From Lepidodermella squamata (taxonomy: Eukaryota; Animalia; Gastrotricha), in assembly GCA_047495785.1 (NCBI GenBank), contig JBLDXI010000050.1, positions 310,001 to 374,000 of the forward strand: a DNA stretch of 64,000 bases, in the 5' to 3' direction. Positions 38,951 through 50,211 of the stretch are shown piece by piece. The translations under genes and the position numbers were made by a program. The notes below the pieces were generated by a model. The model made no database searches. It was not told where the DNA came from and was given only the letters and a program-made list of their open reading frames with translations. The stretch's first letter is position 1, and each line of letters starts with the position of its first letter.

Positions 38951-39676
38951 CACCCCGCGATATACAGGGCGTTCGTGTAATAATACTCTTCTAAATATAG
39001 AATTTTTCTAGAAAATATAGGCCGAGTAGCTTGGCCAAATCGATATTTGACGGTATAACATTCGTAAATCGTTTATATCTGAATTCTTTACTCAAGTTAT
39101 ATACCATACAAAAATAGCTTTGCTACTCTTTGCATGCATTTTAGCTTTTTTGTAGCTATTTTTAGCTCACTCAGAGTATTATTACACGAACGCCCGCAGA
39201 GTCGTTACTGCTTACCAGCTGATTCTCAACTATTATGTAAAATTAAGATGATAAAATGCTATCATGATGATATTAATATTATTTATTATTTAAAAAATCT
39301 TGATCGTGTGCGTGAAATTTTTCCAAGTTCTGCCAAGGGAGCTCAATAAGTAAGTAGCACGCTGGAATTTTGTAACCAATCGGAATATTGTAAGTAGACT
39401 GCCCTTCTAATCCTGGAAATATCAATTTACGAATACAAATGATGATGATAACGGTGATAATGATGAACGATTAGCTAACAACAGTTAACTATCGCCGATT
39501 TTATGCCGATGTTTATTATGAGTAACGAAGAAATACTATGATCGCATTTCGTTGCCAGTTTTTTTGCCCACATTCTTTTCGAACAAACTTTTCTGGAATT
39601 TTGACCACAGATTAGACCTATCATTTGCTGAAAACCGCATAAAAAAAATTCATCGTAGTTGTGGAGCAATCGAAAA

Positions 39677-41014
39677 TGAACAAATGAACAAATGAAAATG
39701 TTTTATTTACGTCCACCTTCGGCTAAAAGTGATGGTAATATATATACAAGCCTTACCCGTGAGGGTTTAGGGGACGGCTGACGACGAGAAATCAGCTTCA
39801 GGAACAGTCGCGAACAATCTGCTTTTTCCCATGAATTCATAATTTTCTATATTGTTACATAGTAGCTGCCATTCTTCCCGGTCTCTAGCTGTTACTTCCG
39901 CCAATTCTAAATCCGCAATTTTGTGAATTTCGATGCGTCGCATCAATAAGGTTGATTTACGGGGTTGCCCTCGTTTTTTAGGTTCATTAGGATGCCCCTG
40001 ATACGTTTTTCATGTATATAAAAAATTTTGATTTTTAGAAGGCTTCTTCGGAGGCAGTCAGACCATCGGGTTGGCGGCCTGCCGCGACGCAAGTACCAAC
40101 TCGGGTCGACTGCTTTCCAATAATACATAATACTCGTGAGACTTTCAGGGTCATATTCGTCCTGTCGAATTATATGGCCAAAATATTTCAGACGAAATTT
40201 TTCAATCAATTTACTCAATTCCATTACGTCGCAGATCAGTCTAATATCAACATTAGGAATATAATCTGTCCTAAACAGACCCATAATTGTTCTAAGCCAT
40301 CGCATAAAGGTGACATTTAACCTTTGCTCTTGTTGGGTGGTCAGGTTCCAGGTTTCGCAGGCATAGGTGACGGTAGGAATAACAACGCATTTAAGGACTT
40401 TCAATTTCGTAGCTAAGCTCACGTGTTTTCTATTAAACATAAGTTTATTGAGGGCACCAAAGCAGCCGCCAGCTTTTGCTATGCGTGCCTTGATCTCCTC
40501 GTCCATTTTCCCGTCAGAAGTGATGATGCTTCCTAAATATTTGAAAGACGTCACTTTTTCCAAAAGTTTGCCGTCTAATTCAAGTTGGTAGTTTCTATCC
40601 TCACCGATCACCATGTATTGTGTTTTACTAATGCTGATTTTCAAGCCTAGCTCCGTACATGCCTTATTGAAAACATCCAATAATAGTTTAATTTCTTCAT
40701 GACTCATATCTATTAAAGTTCCATCATCCGCGAAAGCAATCAGGTTCAAAAATTGTTCAGTATTAATAGGGAAGCCACCTGGGGTGTCCATCAATTTTCG
40801 GCAGATTTTATCGAACGTTGCGATGAAGAGTAGCGGAGACAAGGGACAGCCTTGCCGTAAGCCCCTCTTCACCACGAGTTGATTATTTATTTTGACTGCT
40901 ACTTTGTTACATTTATAAAAGCTTTTAACAGCCGCAATAAGGTTTGCATCGACACCTAGTTCCTCGAGCGCGGCCCAGACCTTCTCGCGGTCGATCAGAT
41001 CGTAGGCCTTCTCC
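39677..41014 (-). mobile_element. 5'-truncated non-LTR retrotransposon (RTE-like) with reverse transcriptase C-terminal half
   Basis: ORF 39943-41019: EKAYD, GLRQGCPLSPLLF, AFADD, FKYLGS, YACETW, RLKYFGHI. 3' tail of CATTTGTT repeats. 12-bp TSD AGCAATCGAAAA at 39665-39676 and 41015-41026. Confidence 0.92.
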
Positions 41015-41026
41015 AGCAATCGAAAA

Positions 41027-41212
41027 ATTTCGGGGAAATAAATAATGTGCGTGCCATCGCTATTATTTTACTTGTGCGCGCAGGGCATTTTATTGAAGGT
41101 GTGCGGGTCAAGTGCGCGCGTGCGCGGCTTCAGACGGACGGACAGACGGACGGACGGACCGACGGACGGACAGGCAATTTTGACAGTATAGTACCGGGTT
41201 TCACCCGGCACA
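41027..41212. mobile_element. Helentron/DINE-like non-autonomous element end (target of the LINE insertion)
   Basis: (GGAC/AGAC)n microsatellite at 41131-41172 followed by the stem-loop CCGGGTTTCACCCGG. Confidence 0.5.
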
Positions 41213-41452
41213 TTGTCCAGACTCTGTCCAGACGTTTCAAACGTTTAATGAAATTAGCAATCTAAAAAAAATATATAACGCCCAAGTATTAGTGTATAGT
41301 TTCTGTATTCGTCAAGTTTATTTATCATTCATTAGCCGAGTTAAAAACAGATATAACTGAAAATCATCGGATCAATGATGATTTGCTTTATCGATAAGCC
41401 GATAAAGCAATATAAGCTTAGCGTCACACAATTTCGAGCTGATCAGTTTTTA

Positions 41453-42416
41453 CTAAGCGGTGGCGCCGCAGGTTTCAATACCCGCGATATTATATATGGT
41501 AGCAGTGCCAAAACCCGGTGTTTTTTTGGCATCTGGAGTGACACCGGCAAGTGCAGTGCAGCAACCTGCGAACGTAGCGTATTGATAAGCCGTAACGGAT
41601 GCCGCCTGGCATATTATAATTTAAAAGACAATTTATATAGATGAACAACAGAATGGATGCTCACCAATCCACTAGCTCCTTGTACATTAGTAGAACTGCT
41701 AGCAGTGTGGGGGAAACGTACACATGACCCAACAGCTGCAATAGTTGCAGCTGCACCTGTTATTTTGTATGGAGTCGCATCCAATGCTCCAATGCATGTC
41801 AGAATTGGCATTGCATTACTCGGCTGCGGTAGTGCTTCGTATCTGATATTGGCAGTTGTCGCAGTTGTGGCACCACAGCATAGTGCAAATGTGCTGAAGG
41901 TATTAACTGAGTCAGAAGCAATCTATCCACATCAAACTCCAAACTAATATGATTAGCTGCACGCAAAAAATAATTACCGTAGCAGCAGTAGGTGCTGTAA
42001 TGTACTTAGTACAAATTGTGGATCCAGTTCCGGCTTCGTTATGACAAAATTTGACAGTTTTAGCAACCCCAGTAGCATCAGCGGCAGCAGACCCCTGAGT
42101 CGTCATTGAGCAAAGCTGGTAGAGTAGCTGGTATTGGGAGTCATTGGATGAGAAAAATAACATCTCGATTATGATAATGAGGGATTTTGCGGATTACCGT
42201 AGCTTGGCACGTCTGACCATTTGTTGCACACTGATTGTCGGTTTTGGCGATACAATTCTTGGCGGTAGTATCACAGATACTAGGAGTCGCTGCGCATTGT
42301 TGATTTGCGGCGCAACCAGCGCTGCCCGTTGGGCACGGGGTTGTCGTCGTCGACGCAGGGCAAGCTGTGGCTGCGGCACAGGCGGCAGCGATTATCGCCA
42401 GAGTAAGGTAAGCCAT
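41453..42416 (-). CDS. Secreted Cys/Thr/Ala-rich protein, copy 2 (multi-exon)
   Basis: MAYLTLAIIAAACAAATACPASTTTTPCPT; CVRFPHTA; same terminal-exon structure as 14174-15089. Confidence 0.75.
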
Positions 42417-43902
42417 CTGAAGACTTGTTATCAAGCAAAGAAGAAGAGGCTGTTGCTCTTGGAACAATTCCACCAGGAATTAAATGCCGCTACGCATCTT
42501 GTCAGACATACTTTGTGTTAACCTCCATGTATATTTTCAAGTTATGACAAGTTTTTAATACTATTAAGGGAGAAACAGGCACCATGGCTGACCGGAACAA
42601 CGTCCTGGTTTATCGATTTTATATCGAAGTCCCTCGGTCCATGTCAATATTTTAGATTCAATGCGTTACCAAGGCGTTCAATTTTTCGAGTATATACGAT
42701 ATATATAAGATATTACGTGCGGGGCTTTGGACTTGGCTTTAAACGCAAAAGCATGTTGTGGCGCGTGAATGACATGACGGGAAGTAGTTCCGACTGACAC
42801 AAGCATCAGCTAGTGCAGTATGATATGCGCAAAATAAGCTCTACGGGATACTTGCTTTTAATGCGCTCATTTCAATGTGGCGCTGGGGGATTATTTAATG
42901 CATTTTTCATCTTATTCCATTTTTATTCCACCTCAAATCTCAAATTGGAAAATCTGTCACGCCGTTCCGGGGAATTCTCTCATTGTAAACTTGTTCTCAA
43001 AATACTTCCGGTCGTGGTCAGTGGATGGATTTTTTGGCCACATTAACTTCATAATCAACAAGCAATCAAGCAACTCGCTCGGTTGGGTCTTCTCGCTGCA
43101 TATTTAACGGCTCACATTAATCCCAAGCAATATAAAAATCACCATCCTTCGGCATCAGCCACCTCACCCTGAGCTCCGTGCTCCGTCATGGTTCTCGGTC
43201 AGCCATTATAGTTCGGTATACTCCTGTTACTAAACAAGAGAACTCATATTTTCCTTGAAAACACCTGTTTTCTAAAGCCTAGAGCTATTCATCCCTTCCC
43301 GAACTGAAATTTTTGGGTAAAATTGATGTCAAGCCGTGTAAAGCCAAATAATTGCGGGTTTTCGGAACTAAACGGATGTAAATGGTCGAAATTTTGTTGA
43401 TGAAAGTAAATGTAAGGCCTGTTTTGGCGATGTATTTTGTTGTAAGGCTCGAAAATAGTGGATGTCTTAACTCTTTCACTGCCAGAGTTTTCTCCCGGAG
43501 ATTTTTTTCTCACGTGAGTTTTTCTCCCCGGAGAAACCCAACTTTCACCTAGCGAGATGCTGGAATAGCGATTTCGCGTTTTGTGTTATGTTTGTTCAAG
43601 GTTTAAAATAAACAAAACATGCGCGTTTATCGCCGCTGTTAGCTGTTATGCAAACAAATCGGGCGCGCCTTGGGTGACTCTCAAGTGCGACCAGTAAACA
43701 AAGACGCGGTCTTCGCCCTCGCTGTTGAATGCGTAAATCAAACTTGAAGCCTGTTTTCGAAACGTTATTATTTGCGCAAACCGCCAAGTAGTGAAAATTC
43801 AGGTGAAAATAATTCAGGAGTTATCAAAAATCATTGGAACAAAAACATTTATTTCAAGCAACAAGAACAAAAAACTGATCACCACGCACAAAGCACAAAT
43901 TG

Positions 43903-44676
43903 CTAATTTTTCGCCGATTTTTTCTTCGACTCGTATGCTTTCTTTTTACGATTACACTCTGCGAAATTTTGGCAAATAGCACGTCGAATTAGGAAAAAAT
44001 GATCGTATTTTTGCATTACAAGTTTTGTTACATCGTCAATCAAATCCGCATCATTCCAAACTGACGCATTGCTAAATTGCCGGGACCGACTTTCACATTC
44101 TTTCAAAATTCTTTTCGCAAACAAACAAGGTTTATCTTTATGCATTTCATAAGCCGATTTTATGATTTCTTGCTCCAGCACATGCGAACCTAACAATATC
44201 ATGCTATTTGTTTCATTATCACCAGGCAGGTCGGCGAAACTTCTTGCGATCCATTGAGCGTGGGAGTGATTTTCATTTGTTTCCGATTGACGCGCGTCAC
44301 GCCGAAAAACGAGCCGATGAACCTGTCGAAGCGGCGTAATTTTAGACGCTGCGTCTTTGAGCGGTAGAATTGCGGATACAGCTGTTGGCGGCGCTAACGC
44401 CGACGTGGTGCTTTGTTGCAATGGCGTTGAAGAGCTTGAGGCGGAGATCGATTCCGACTCGCTGCCGAAGTCATACACGCCAATTCGAGAATCGCTCTAC
44501 GAATGTGGAAAAAATGCGAAAATGCTGACGGATCTAATTTTTCAAGCGACTTACATCGGCCGTTGAACCGCTCTCTTCAAATCGGCTGGTTCCATAGAAT
44601 TCTCGGTTTGTCTCCCGAAAAGCTAGGCGATGCCTCTCGACCACAGTAGAAACTAAATTCGTAAATATTTGCATTC
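43903..44676 (-). CDS. Cargo gene 1: Ser-rich protein with possible C-terminal BEN-like domain (intron 44497-44554; 5' end unresolved)
   Basis: 58-nt GTAAGT...TAG intron in frame. Helical C-terminus LFAKRILKE...DLIDDVTKLV...IRRAICQNFAECNRKKK. Confidence 0.4.
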
Positions 44677-45047
44677 CTAAAATAAAAAACAAAATAGTAC
44701 AGCATCAGACTTTGTTTTACTGGAGCTAAACGATACAATCAGCAATTATTGAAAAGAGGTACTCAAATTTAGCCTTCAATGAATAAATGAAATGAACGAA
44801 ATTCAGGCAAAGCCAATAATCAAAATGTAAAAAACATCGTCGCGAATGAGTGAGACGGACGAGTTGAAGAGAAAGGCTGCTGCCGAAAGGAAATTGTTTC
44901 TCGCTACCGTAAAATACTGAAGGGTCAATTATTTTCAAGTTATCCCAATTTTGCAAATTTTTCACAAATTTTATGTCGAAATTCCCAAAGTAGCGCAACA
45001 AATTAAAAAATTTCCTTCCGGCATAGAAAAAATCGAAAAGGTTCAGA

Positions 45048-45998
45048 TCAATCCTCGGATTTCTTTTTCGACCTTGTTTTGACAGATGCAACATCAGTTT
45101 TTCGCGGGGTTAAATCGCGCCCTAGTTTGCAGAGATAAGTTGAACTGTAGTCCCAGCAATGGCTAAGCCTTTTCCATAAATTATGAACAGGCGACCATAT
45201 TTCTCCAAAAATCAAGAAATGGATGATGGATAGCCAGCGAAGCAAAATGGTCAATAGATACTCTCCAAGAAAATATCGCCATTCAAACCCACTTTTTGAT
45301 TTGAGAAAAATTTGGAGAGCGAACTCGGCGAAGGCAACAAGATTCAAAGATATTAGGAATTTTTTTCGTCGAAATAATGTCAGAAAAATATTGTGAAATA
45401 TGTAGAATGAGACTCGATACCTCAAGAAAGACTGTTCAAGCGAAGCGTTGTAAAAGACTTGAGAAGTAACAGCGACGAAAAGCGTCGACTCTTTGAAATA
45501 TGAGAAAAAATCAATCACGGGGCCTTCAATTGGAAAGCAATCAACTACTGCCTGAAAAAAGTGTCTAGCGAGTATGTAGAGAGGAGAATTTTCTTCCTTG
45601 AAAAATAAAAAATAGCTACATATTTCGCGAATTTCGCCAACGAAAATCATGTAAGTGAGCCAGTCTAAAACTTCGAGAGAATTTTTCAAGCAATTAATTT
45701 GGCTGGCGAATTCTGTAGGCTGTGTCATAGGACAATTTATAGCTTTTGTAGAGTTTTTGGCCGACAGATAGCATTTGAGAGCTGACTCGGCGACATTTTG
45801 CCACGACATCACTGAGTTTGCGCACAACTTTTTCGCGTGTTCAAGCCATCTATCGACACAAGAATTGTTCTGAGCTTTCAGCTGGTCATAATAGTATCGA
45901 CCTGAAATGACCTGAGTTGGCGATATTTCAGTTATTTCCAAGCAGCACGCAGGCATAATAAGCGCCGCCGCAAAAAATACATGAAAAAAGCCTTTCAT
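45048..45998 (-). CDS. Cargo gene 2: KAR5/GEX1/Brambleberry-like membrane protein, intronless
   Basis: Signal peptide; six-Cys domain SC-x11-C...A....KCY...C...CLK...W..Y..F......IC; 2-3 hydrophobic segments; basic tail. Confidence 0.7.
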   Translation of the reverse strand: MKGFFHVFFAAALIMPACCLEITEISPTQVISGRYYYDQLKAQNNSCVDRWLEHAKKLCANSVMSWQNVAESALKCYLSAKNSTKAINCPMTQPTEFASQINCLKNSLEVLDWLTYMIFVGEIREICSYFLFFKEENSPLYILARHFFQAVVDCFPIEGPVIDFFSYFKESTLFVAVTSQVFYNASLEQSFLRYRVSFYIFHNIFLTLFRRKKFLISLNLVAFAEFALQIFLKSKSGFEWRYFLGEYLLTILLRWLSIIHFLIFGEIWSPVHNLWKRLSHCWDYSSTYLCKLGRDLTPRKTDVASVKTRSKKKSED

Positions 45999-46179
45999 TA
46001 CAAAATGACGGAAATTCTGTTTGAAAAATTTATCTGGTGACTGGTGACTTTTTGGAGCTGGCTATTTATTGCTTGAACGGCTCATCAGGTATCCGGAAAT
46101 GGCTTTGGCAAATATTTTCATTTCAATTTAATTCCTTTCTAGTCCCACGCCGTTGACATAAAATACGTGATCCTCACTC

Positions 46180-46390
46180 GAGCGTGTGATTACGCACCGG
46201 GCGCGCACCTGTGGAGAAAGCGCGCGCGCGCACCTGTGGCGAGGCGGGCGGTTGTAGTGCGCGGTCAGTAATTACAGACTTTGAAATGGCACCGGTGGGC
46301 GTCGCGGCCGGTTGACATGCCCTTGGAGCCGCTCGGCTGTTTTGGCAGACAGCGTGACCGCGGTCGGCTGTGACGACGCCGACGTAATGA
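46180..46390. promoter_or_regulatory. GC/CpG-rich putative bidirectional promoter
   Basis: Lies between divergent cargo genes and has two GCGCGCACCTGTGG motifs (46201-46239). Confidence 0.4.
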
Positions 46391-46473
46391 TACAGTAAAA
46401 CGGTTAAAAGGTGACTACAAAAGGAGGAAAGAAAATAAAAATAAGTAAATTCGAGCTAACAAATTTCTGAATA

Positions 46474-47097
46474 ATGTCGACTTTTGACTTCGATATTTAT
46501 TATCAGCCAGGATACGGCATCGTCACCCGTTCAGCGCGGCCGGGTTTGCTTGCTCTATCCACAACAACGACAACGACGACAACAACCGCTTGGTCTGCGC
46601 CTGGTACTTCGACGGCGACATTGCCGACAACTGCGACAAGTGCGACTACAACGACCCCGGCTACTCCCGACTTCGGCAATGTGCTCATGGCGTTGGCGGC
46701 CGGTTTTGGGGCGGCATTGTCGATGTTGGCGCTGACGTGTTCTCTTTTTATTTTCTTCATCTGGTGGTGCTGCTTTCGCCGCAAATACCCTGTGCCCTAC
46801 AAGCCAGGCAACGGCACTGCAGAACAAGGCCTAATCGCAGTTGGCGCTATTGTTGCTCAGCGGCAGGTACCTGCTCGACCTCCTCCGCCGGCTGTTCTGT
46901 CTCGAGCCGGGCCGATTCTGCCGAATCTTCCTCCGATTCTGCCACCGCCTCCAATCGAAGCCACCATTCAGCCTGCCGCCATTCCCGCAATCGTCGCACC
47001 GCCGCCTCCTGTTTTCGTGTTTCGAGCGCCCGTTCCGGCAGCGCCACCTGTTGCGCCAGCTCCGGTGGCGCCTCGTCGCGGCTTCCGCGTGCGGTGA
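46474..47097 (+). CDS. Cargo gene 3: Thr-rich ectodomain, single TM, Pro-rich tail
   Basis: TTTTTT stalk; TM ending IWWCCFRRK; poly-Pro tail. A paralog downstream supports this reading frame. Confidence 0.65.
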   Translation: MSTFDFDIYYQPGYGIVTRSARPGLLALSTTTTTTTTTAWSAPGTSTATLPTTATSATTTTPATPDFGNVLMALAAGFGAALSMLALTCSLFIFFIWWCCFRRKYPVPYKPGNGTAEQGLIAVGAIVAQRQVPARPPPPAVLSRAGPILPNLPPILPPPPIEATIQPAAIPAIVAPPPPVFVFRAPVPAAPPVAPAPVAPRRGFRVR

Positions 47098-47198
47098 AGC
47101 GGTGAATTCCTGACGGCCCGGGCTTTAGCACTGAAAGGCACACAATTTAGAATTTTCAAACTTCGAATTAAAGATTTCAGATTTTTGTCTCTAATTTC

Positions 47199-49751
47199 AT
47201 GGATGCCAGCGAGTGGATCAATTCTGATGAACCGCCTCTACCTTTCCGTTCACCGGAACCCAAAAACTTTAAATCCAGCCTGATTGCGGTCGATTGTCAC
47301 CAGTTAGCTTTTTCCGGCTAATTTTCACCATCGAGTTTCTCGAAATGGTATGCAAGGAAACGAATAGATATGCCAATCAAAAATTACGTCAAATTGGGCT
47401 TAAACCCAACGCCAGAATCAACGACTGGGTGCCATTGACAGTTCCGGAGCTTGAGCGATTTTTCGGTTTATGGCTGCTAATGGGAGTGATTCGAAAGCCA
47501 ACAATCGCAAGCTACTGGACGGAGGACAAACTGATGGCAACACCAATATTCAATTTGACGATGTCCCGAAATCGATTTGAAGCGATTTTGTCAAATCTTC
47601 ATTTCAACAACAACCAATTTCTGGCGCAAAACATCAAAACCGATCGCCTCTATAAAATCAGACCTGTTCTAAACTTCTATCAAAATCGGATGAATGACCT
47701 TTATTCACCTGGCAAAAATCTGGCAATCGATGAATCTCAAGTGCTTTTCAAGGGAAGGCTGGCATTCAAGTCGTACAACAAGGCGAAAAAGGCGAAGCTC
47801 GGTATAAAGGTAAGATAGGTCAAAGGTTCTATAAAATGAAATATATATATATATCAAAATCGGAATGCAATTTTAATTTTAAAGCGGCATTTTTGAGACA
47901 ATTTATGGCCATGTTTTACTTGAGACAGAACCCCACAAAAATCATAAAACCGTTTTGCTTTAATTTTTCATCAAAACGCTAGGCAATGAAAATAAAAAAA
48001 TGAAAAAATTCGAAAATATCAAAATATCTGGAGAACCTTTCCTTTACTTCCTTTACTCCCTTTGCTTTCAGCTTTGCTGTCATTTTACGACTTGGTCATT
48101 TGGCTATAAAAGACATAGAATAAGTAGCCGTTATTTCTGGAATTCTGGAGCAGAAAAACGGCTCAGAAAAATAACAAAAAAATCCGTATATGCGTGAAGT
48201 GATATTCTTGAAAATTATAATACCCAAATCTCGGATTCTATCGGAATAGAACTCTTGCCAATATTTTACTTTCGAAGCCATAATTTTAATTTCGAAGCTA
48301 GGATTTTACATTTTGAAGCCACAGTTTTAATTTCGAAGCTAGGATTTTACTTTTTGAAGCCACAATTTTAATTTCGAAGCTAAAATTTTAAATTTCGAAG
48401 ATCAGGTTCGATCTAGTGAGACTAGAGACTAGTGTGAAAATCTTGGTTTTCAATCTGCTATTTTACAGATCTATATGCTATGTGAGTCATCAACTGGAAT
48501 CCCTCTTCGCTTCCATGTCTACTCAGGCGCGGATAATGTTCAAGATGATATTATTTCTGGCAAAAGCCACACATTTTCAGTCGTGAAATCACTCATCAAA
48601 TACCTTCTTGGCAAGGGACACTCGCTTTTTGTCGACAATTTTTACACTTCCGTCGAACTCGCTAAATACCTATTGGCTAATCTAACTCACCTAACCGGAA
48701 CACTGAAAAAAACCGTGTCGGAAACCCGCCCGAAGTGGTTCAAGCTAGCTTGAAGACAGGTGAAATAATTTGCCGAAGACAAGACGATATCAATGTACTC
48801 AAGTGGAAGGACAATCGCGAAGTACTTATGCTATCGACTGAGTTTGCCCCAGAAATGATTCCGATTACCCTTCCGGCTCGAATTCAACGGGTTATCGAGC
48901 ACAATGAAACGCAAACAGGGCAAAGTTCGGTATATCAAGAGATTGAGGCAGATTCTACCGGAGTGGAAGTGGATTCAGAAGCCAAATTTGACGGCGATGA
49001 TAGCGGCGACAACGATTCTGCCATGTCCAAGTACTTCCTAGCTTCGGATTCAGAGGGCGATAGCGAAGATGGAGAGGAGGAGGATGTTGAGTCTGAAACC
49101 GGCCTGAAGCGCAAACTCGACGACGATGACGATGCGGCACCGCGTATGGGCGAGCCACCGGCTAAAAGGATCAAGACTGTCATGAAACCTCTCATTGTCG
49201 ATCAATACAATAAATCAATGAATGCGGTGGATTGTCACGATCAAAATGTGAGCAAACATATTTGAGCTATTCGTAAATATTTTATCTTTTCACATTTTTT
49301 CAGGCCGCGTACTATGATGCAAATAGGAAGTCGTATAAATGGTATCGAAAAATTTTCTTCAGGATTCTTGAGAGCGGCATGATTGCTTCCCATCAATTCT
49401 TCAAGTTGCAAAGCGGAAATACCTCTCGGATGTCGGATGTCGCTTCTTGAATTTCGCAAAGCAGTCATCAGAGCTCTGATCGGAATGATAGGAGAGGATG
49501 GCTTAGTGGCGAGTTCTGAGTCCTTCGATTCATCAAAAAGCAACGATTCTTCCAGCAGCAGCTCAAAAGCCGAGATTCATGATCTTACCAAAATGCCTGG
49601 TAAAAAAGAGCGCCCTTGTATGAACTGCGGCGGCAGGGTTTCACATTGGTGCCTGGCTTGCCCACCGAAAGAGGACGGTTCTCATCCTGCTTTTCACATG
49701 AACACCTGCTTCAACAAATGGCACCAGATGAATGTGTTCAACAAGCGATAA
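47199..49751 (+). pseudogene. piggyBac (PGBD-like) transposase, frameshifted (introns 47810-48468 and 49248-49303)
   Basis: ETNRYA, MSRNRFE, DRLYKIRP; catalytic IDES, VDNFYTS, AVDCHDQ; KWYRKIFF; C-terminal Cys-rich domain. Lesions: frameshift and stop near 47250-47272, short A-run at ~48706-48712, 7-bp duplication TCGGATG near 49426-49440. Confidence 0.9.
48262..48400. repeat. Minisatellite (~20/21-bp subunits, ~41-bp period) in transposase intron 1
   Basis: Repeated TTTTAATTTCGAAGCTAGGA / TTTTAC(A/T)TTTTGAAGCCACA. Confidence 0.8.
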
Positions 49752-49914
49752 ATCAACTATTGATTCCGAACGCCCGGTTACTGCCGGATTTGCAGTACTG
49801 CTCGAAATGTCATGATCATCGACGAATACAACGAAAATTACTACAACGACTTGTTCTGCGCGACTATATCGGCGCGATAAAATTGCCAACAGCATCGACG
49901 GTTGCTGCCGAAAA

Positions 49915-50211
49915 ATGAGCGGCGATTTCGTCGCAATCGTTGCTACATTGCCTGGTGGTTTTGTCACGACCTTGGCTGTGATCGCCCTCGCCTACGGCGT
50001 CATTTTTTGCGCCGCTCGAAAGCTCATTCCCAACAACTGCGCTGCTGAGCGCTGCCTATTCGCTGTTGGTGGCGTTGATGCCCATACCGCAGGCCGACGT
50101 CGTGTTTCTCGACCACGTCCTTCTATCCTGCCATTACTCCGGTTGAGCTATCAGCTTTTGAACCGGCCGTCATCGCCGCACCGCCGCCGCTTCCCTGTCG
50201 GAAAATCGTAG
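49915..50211 (+). pseudogene. Diverged paralog of cargo gene 3
   Basis: DFVAIVATLPGGF..IPNNCAAERCLFAVGG..VSRPRPSILP aligns with DFGNVLMALAAGF..KPGNGTAEQGLIAVGA..VLSRAGPILP. Its upstream Thr-rich part is broken. Confidence 0.6.

Noticed and set aside
46484-47159. Alternative overlapping ORFs around cargo gene 3
   Set aside because: These are shadows of GC-rich low-complexity coding sequence; only the 46474 frame is supported by a paralog.
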